Shown: one piece after another, positions 62,503 through 63,674 of the stretch
Position numbering within the stretch: position 1 is the stretch's first letter
How the letters are laid out: each line of letters opens with the position of its first letter
Origin: Chiloscyllium plagiosum
Taxonomy: Eukaryota
Length of the DNA: 63,674 nt
Direction: 5' to 3'
Assembly: GCF_004010195.1 (NCBI RefSeq)
Contig: NC_057749.1
Coordinates: 19,360,432-19,424,105, forward strand
Program-made: the position numbers and the translations under genes
Notes under the pieces: generated by a model
Database searches by the model: none
Seen by the model: the letters and a program-made list of their open reading frames with translations, nothing else
Told to the model about the DNA's origin: nothing

Positions 62503-62822
62503 TGAGCGGCACAGTGGCTCAGTCATTAGCACTGCTGCCTCACAGCACCAGGGTCCCAGCTTCAATTCCAGCCTCAGGCGACTGTCTGCGTGGAGTTTAT
62601 CATTCTCCCAGTGTCTGTGTGGGTTTCCTTCGGGTGCTCCAGTTTCCTCCCACATTCCAAAGATGTGCAGGTTAGGTGAATTGGCCATGCTAAATTGCCC
62701 ATAGAGTTTGGTGCATTAATCAGAGGGAAATGGGTCTGGGTGGGTTACTCTTCGGAGGGTCGGTGTGGACTGGTTGGGCCGAAGGGTCTGTTTCCACACT
62801 GTAGGGCATCTGATCTAATCTA
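62503..62822 (+). mobile_element. HE1-like V-SINE nested in CR1
   Basis: A and B boxes, V-domain, (tctaa)n tail; AGGTT duplicated around the insertion. Confidence 0.9.
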
Positions 62823-63674
62823 GGTTATGTTGTAGCTTTATAAAGCCCAGGTTAGACCACATTTGGAATAGTGTTCAATTCTGGTTGCCTCATGATAGGT
62901 AGGGTGTGGAAGCTTTAGAGAGAGTGCGCAGAGGAGATTTACCAGGATGCCACCTGGACTGGAGGGTGTGTCGTATGAAGAAAGATTGAGAGAGCTAGGG
63001 CTTTTCTCATAAGAGCGAAGAAAGATGAAAGGTGACTTGATTGAGGTGTACAGGATGATGAGAGGCATAGAGAGTGGATCGGCAGAGAGTTTTTCCCAAG
63101 GTGGAAACGGCCATCATGCAGGGATATAATTTTAAAGTGATTGGAGGAAGGTTTAGAGGGGATGTCAGAGTTAGGTTCTTTAGGAGGCTGAGGGGTGACC
63201 TTATAGAGGTTTACAAAATTATGAGGGGCATGAATAGGGTAAATAGGCAAAGTCTTTTCTCTGGGATTGGGGAGTCGAGAACTAGAGGGCATAGGTTTGA
63301 GGTGAGAGGGGAAAATATATAAGAGACCTAAGAGGCAGCTTTTTCACGCAGATGGTGGTACGTGTATGGAATGAGCTGCCAGAGAAAGTGGTGGAGGCTG
63401 GTACAATTGCAAGATTTAAGAGGCATTTGGATGGCTACTCTATGATGGGTGCGTGGAATGCACTGCCAGCAGAGGTAGTAGAATCAGATACATTAGGGAC
63501 ATTTAAGTGACTCTTTGACCGGCATATGGATGATGGTAAATCGTAGGGCATGTAGGTTAGTTTGATCTTAGAGTAGGATAAAAGGTCGGCACAACATCGA
63601 AGGCCAAAGGGCCTGTACTGTGCTGAAGGAAAAGTAGTTAACACCTTCAGAAGGATGACAACATTCGGGGGGAA

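Larger units (their letters stand above)
60265..63625 (+). mobile_element. CR1 LINE ORF2 (endonuclease C-terminal part to 3' end) with nested insertions
   Basis: YR.PNS, GDFNFP, LDLVLGNEPGQV, KSP.PDKIYPRLL and FTDDTKVGG; 3' stem-loop at about 63600. Confidence 0.9.

Overview
This is eukaryotic DNA, most likely from a shark or ray, inferred from its HE1-like SINE and HER1/CR1 LINE content. It holds the 3' ends of two convergent genes. On the + strand are the last eight coding exons of cytosolic alpha-mannosidase MAN2C1 (85-41913); all are GT-AG, phase-consistent and end in a stop codon. On the - strand are the last exons of an SNX27-family sorting nexin (59543 down to 52765), including a 51-nt in-frame exon absent from the canonical human isoforms as I recall them. 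The rest is mostly nested transposable elements: CR1/HER1 LINEs (one near full length), an internally deleted L1-like LINE, a rearranged Penelope element, HE1 V-SINEs and other tRNA SINEs, a solo LTR, a probable Tigger-like MITE and minisatellites. Three things stand out. (1) Three families of short, often palindromic Penelope-derived elements carry minimal hammerhead-ribozyme cores (CUGANGA-stemII-GAAA plus a palindromic ACGU/AGCU), and the family A and B copies have 13-15 bp TSDs. (2) The SNX27-like gene lies beside MAN2C1, so it may be a retained whole-genome-duplication paralogue rather than the SNX27 orthologue. (3) A 687-bp TSD-flanked non-coding retroposon matches no family I recognise. 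Most ORFs in the supplied track are decayed retroelement fragments or spurious. Repeat boundaries are read by eye and approximate, and family names come from recall, not from a database search.
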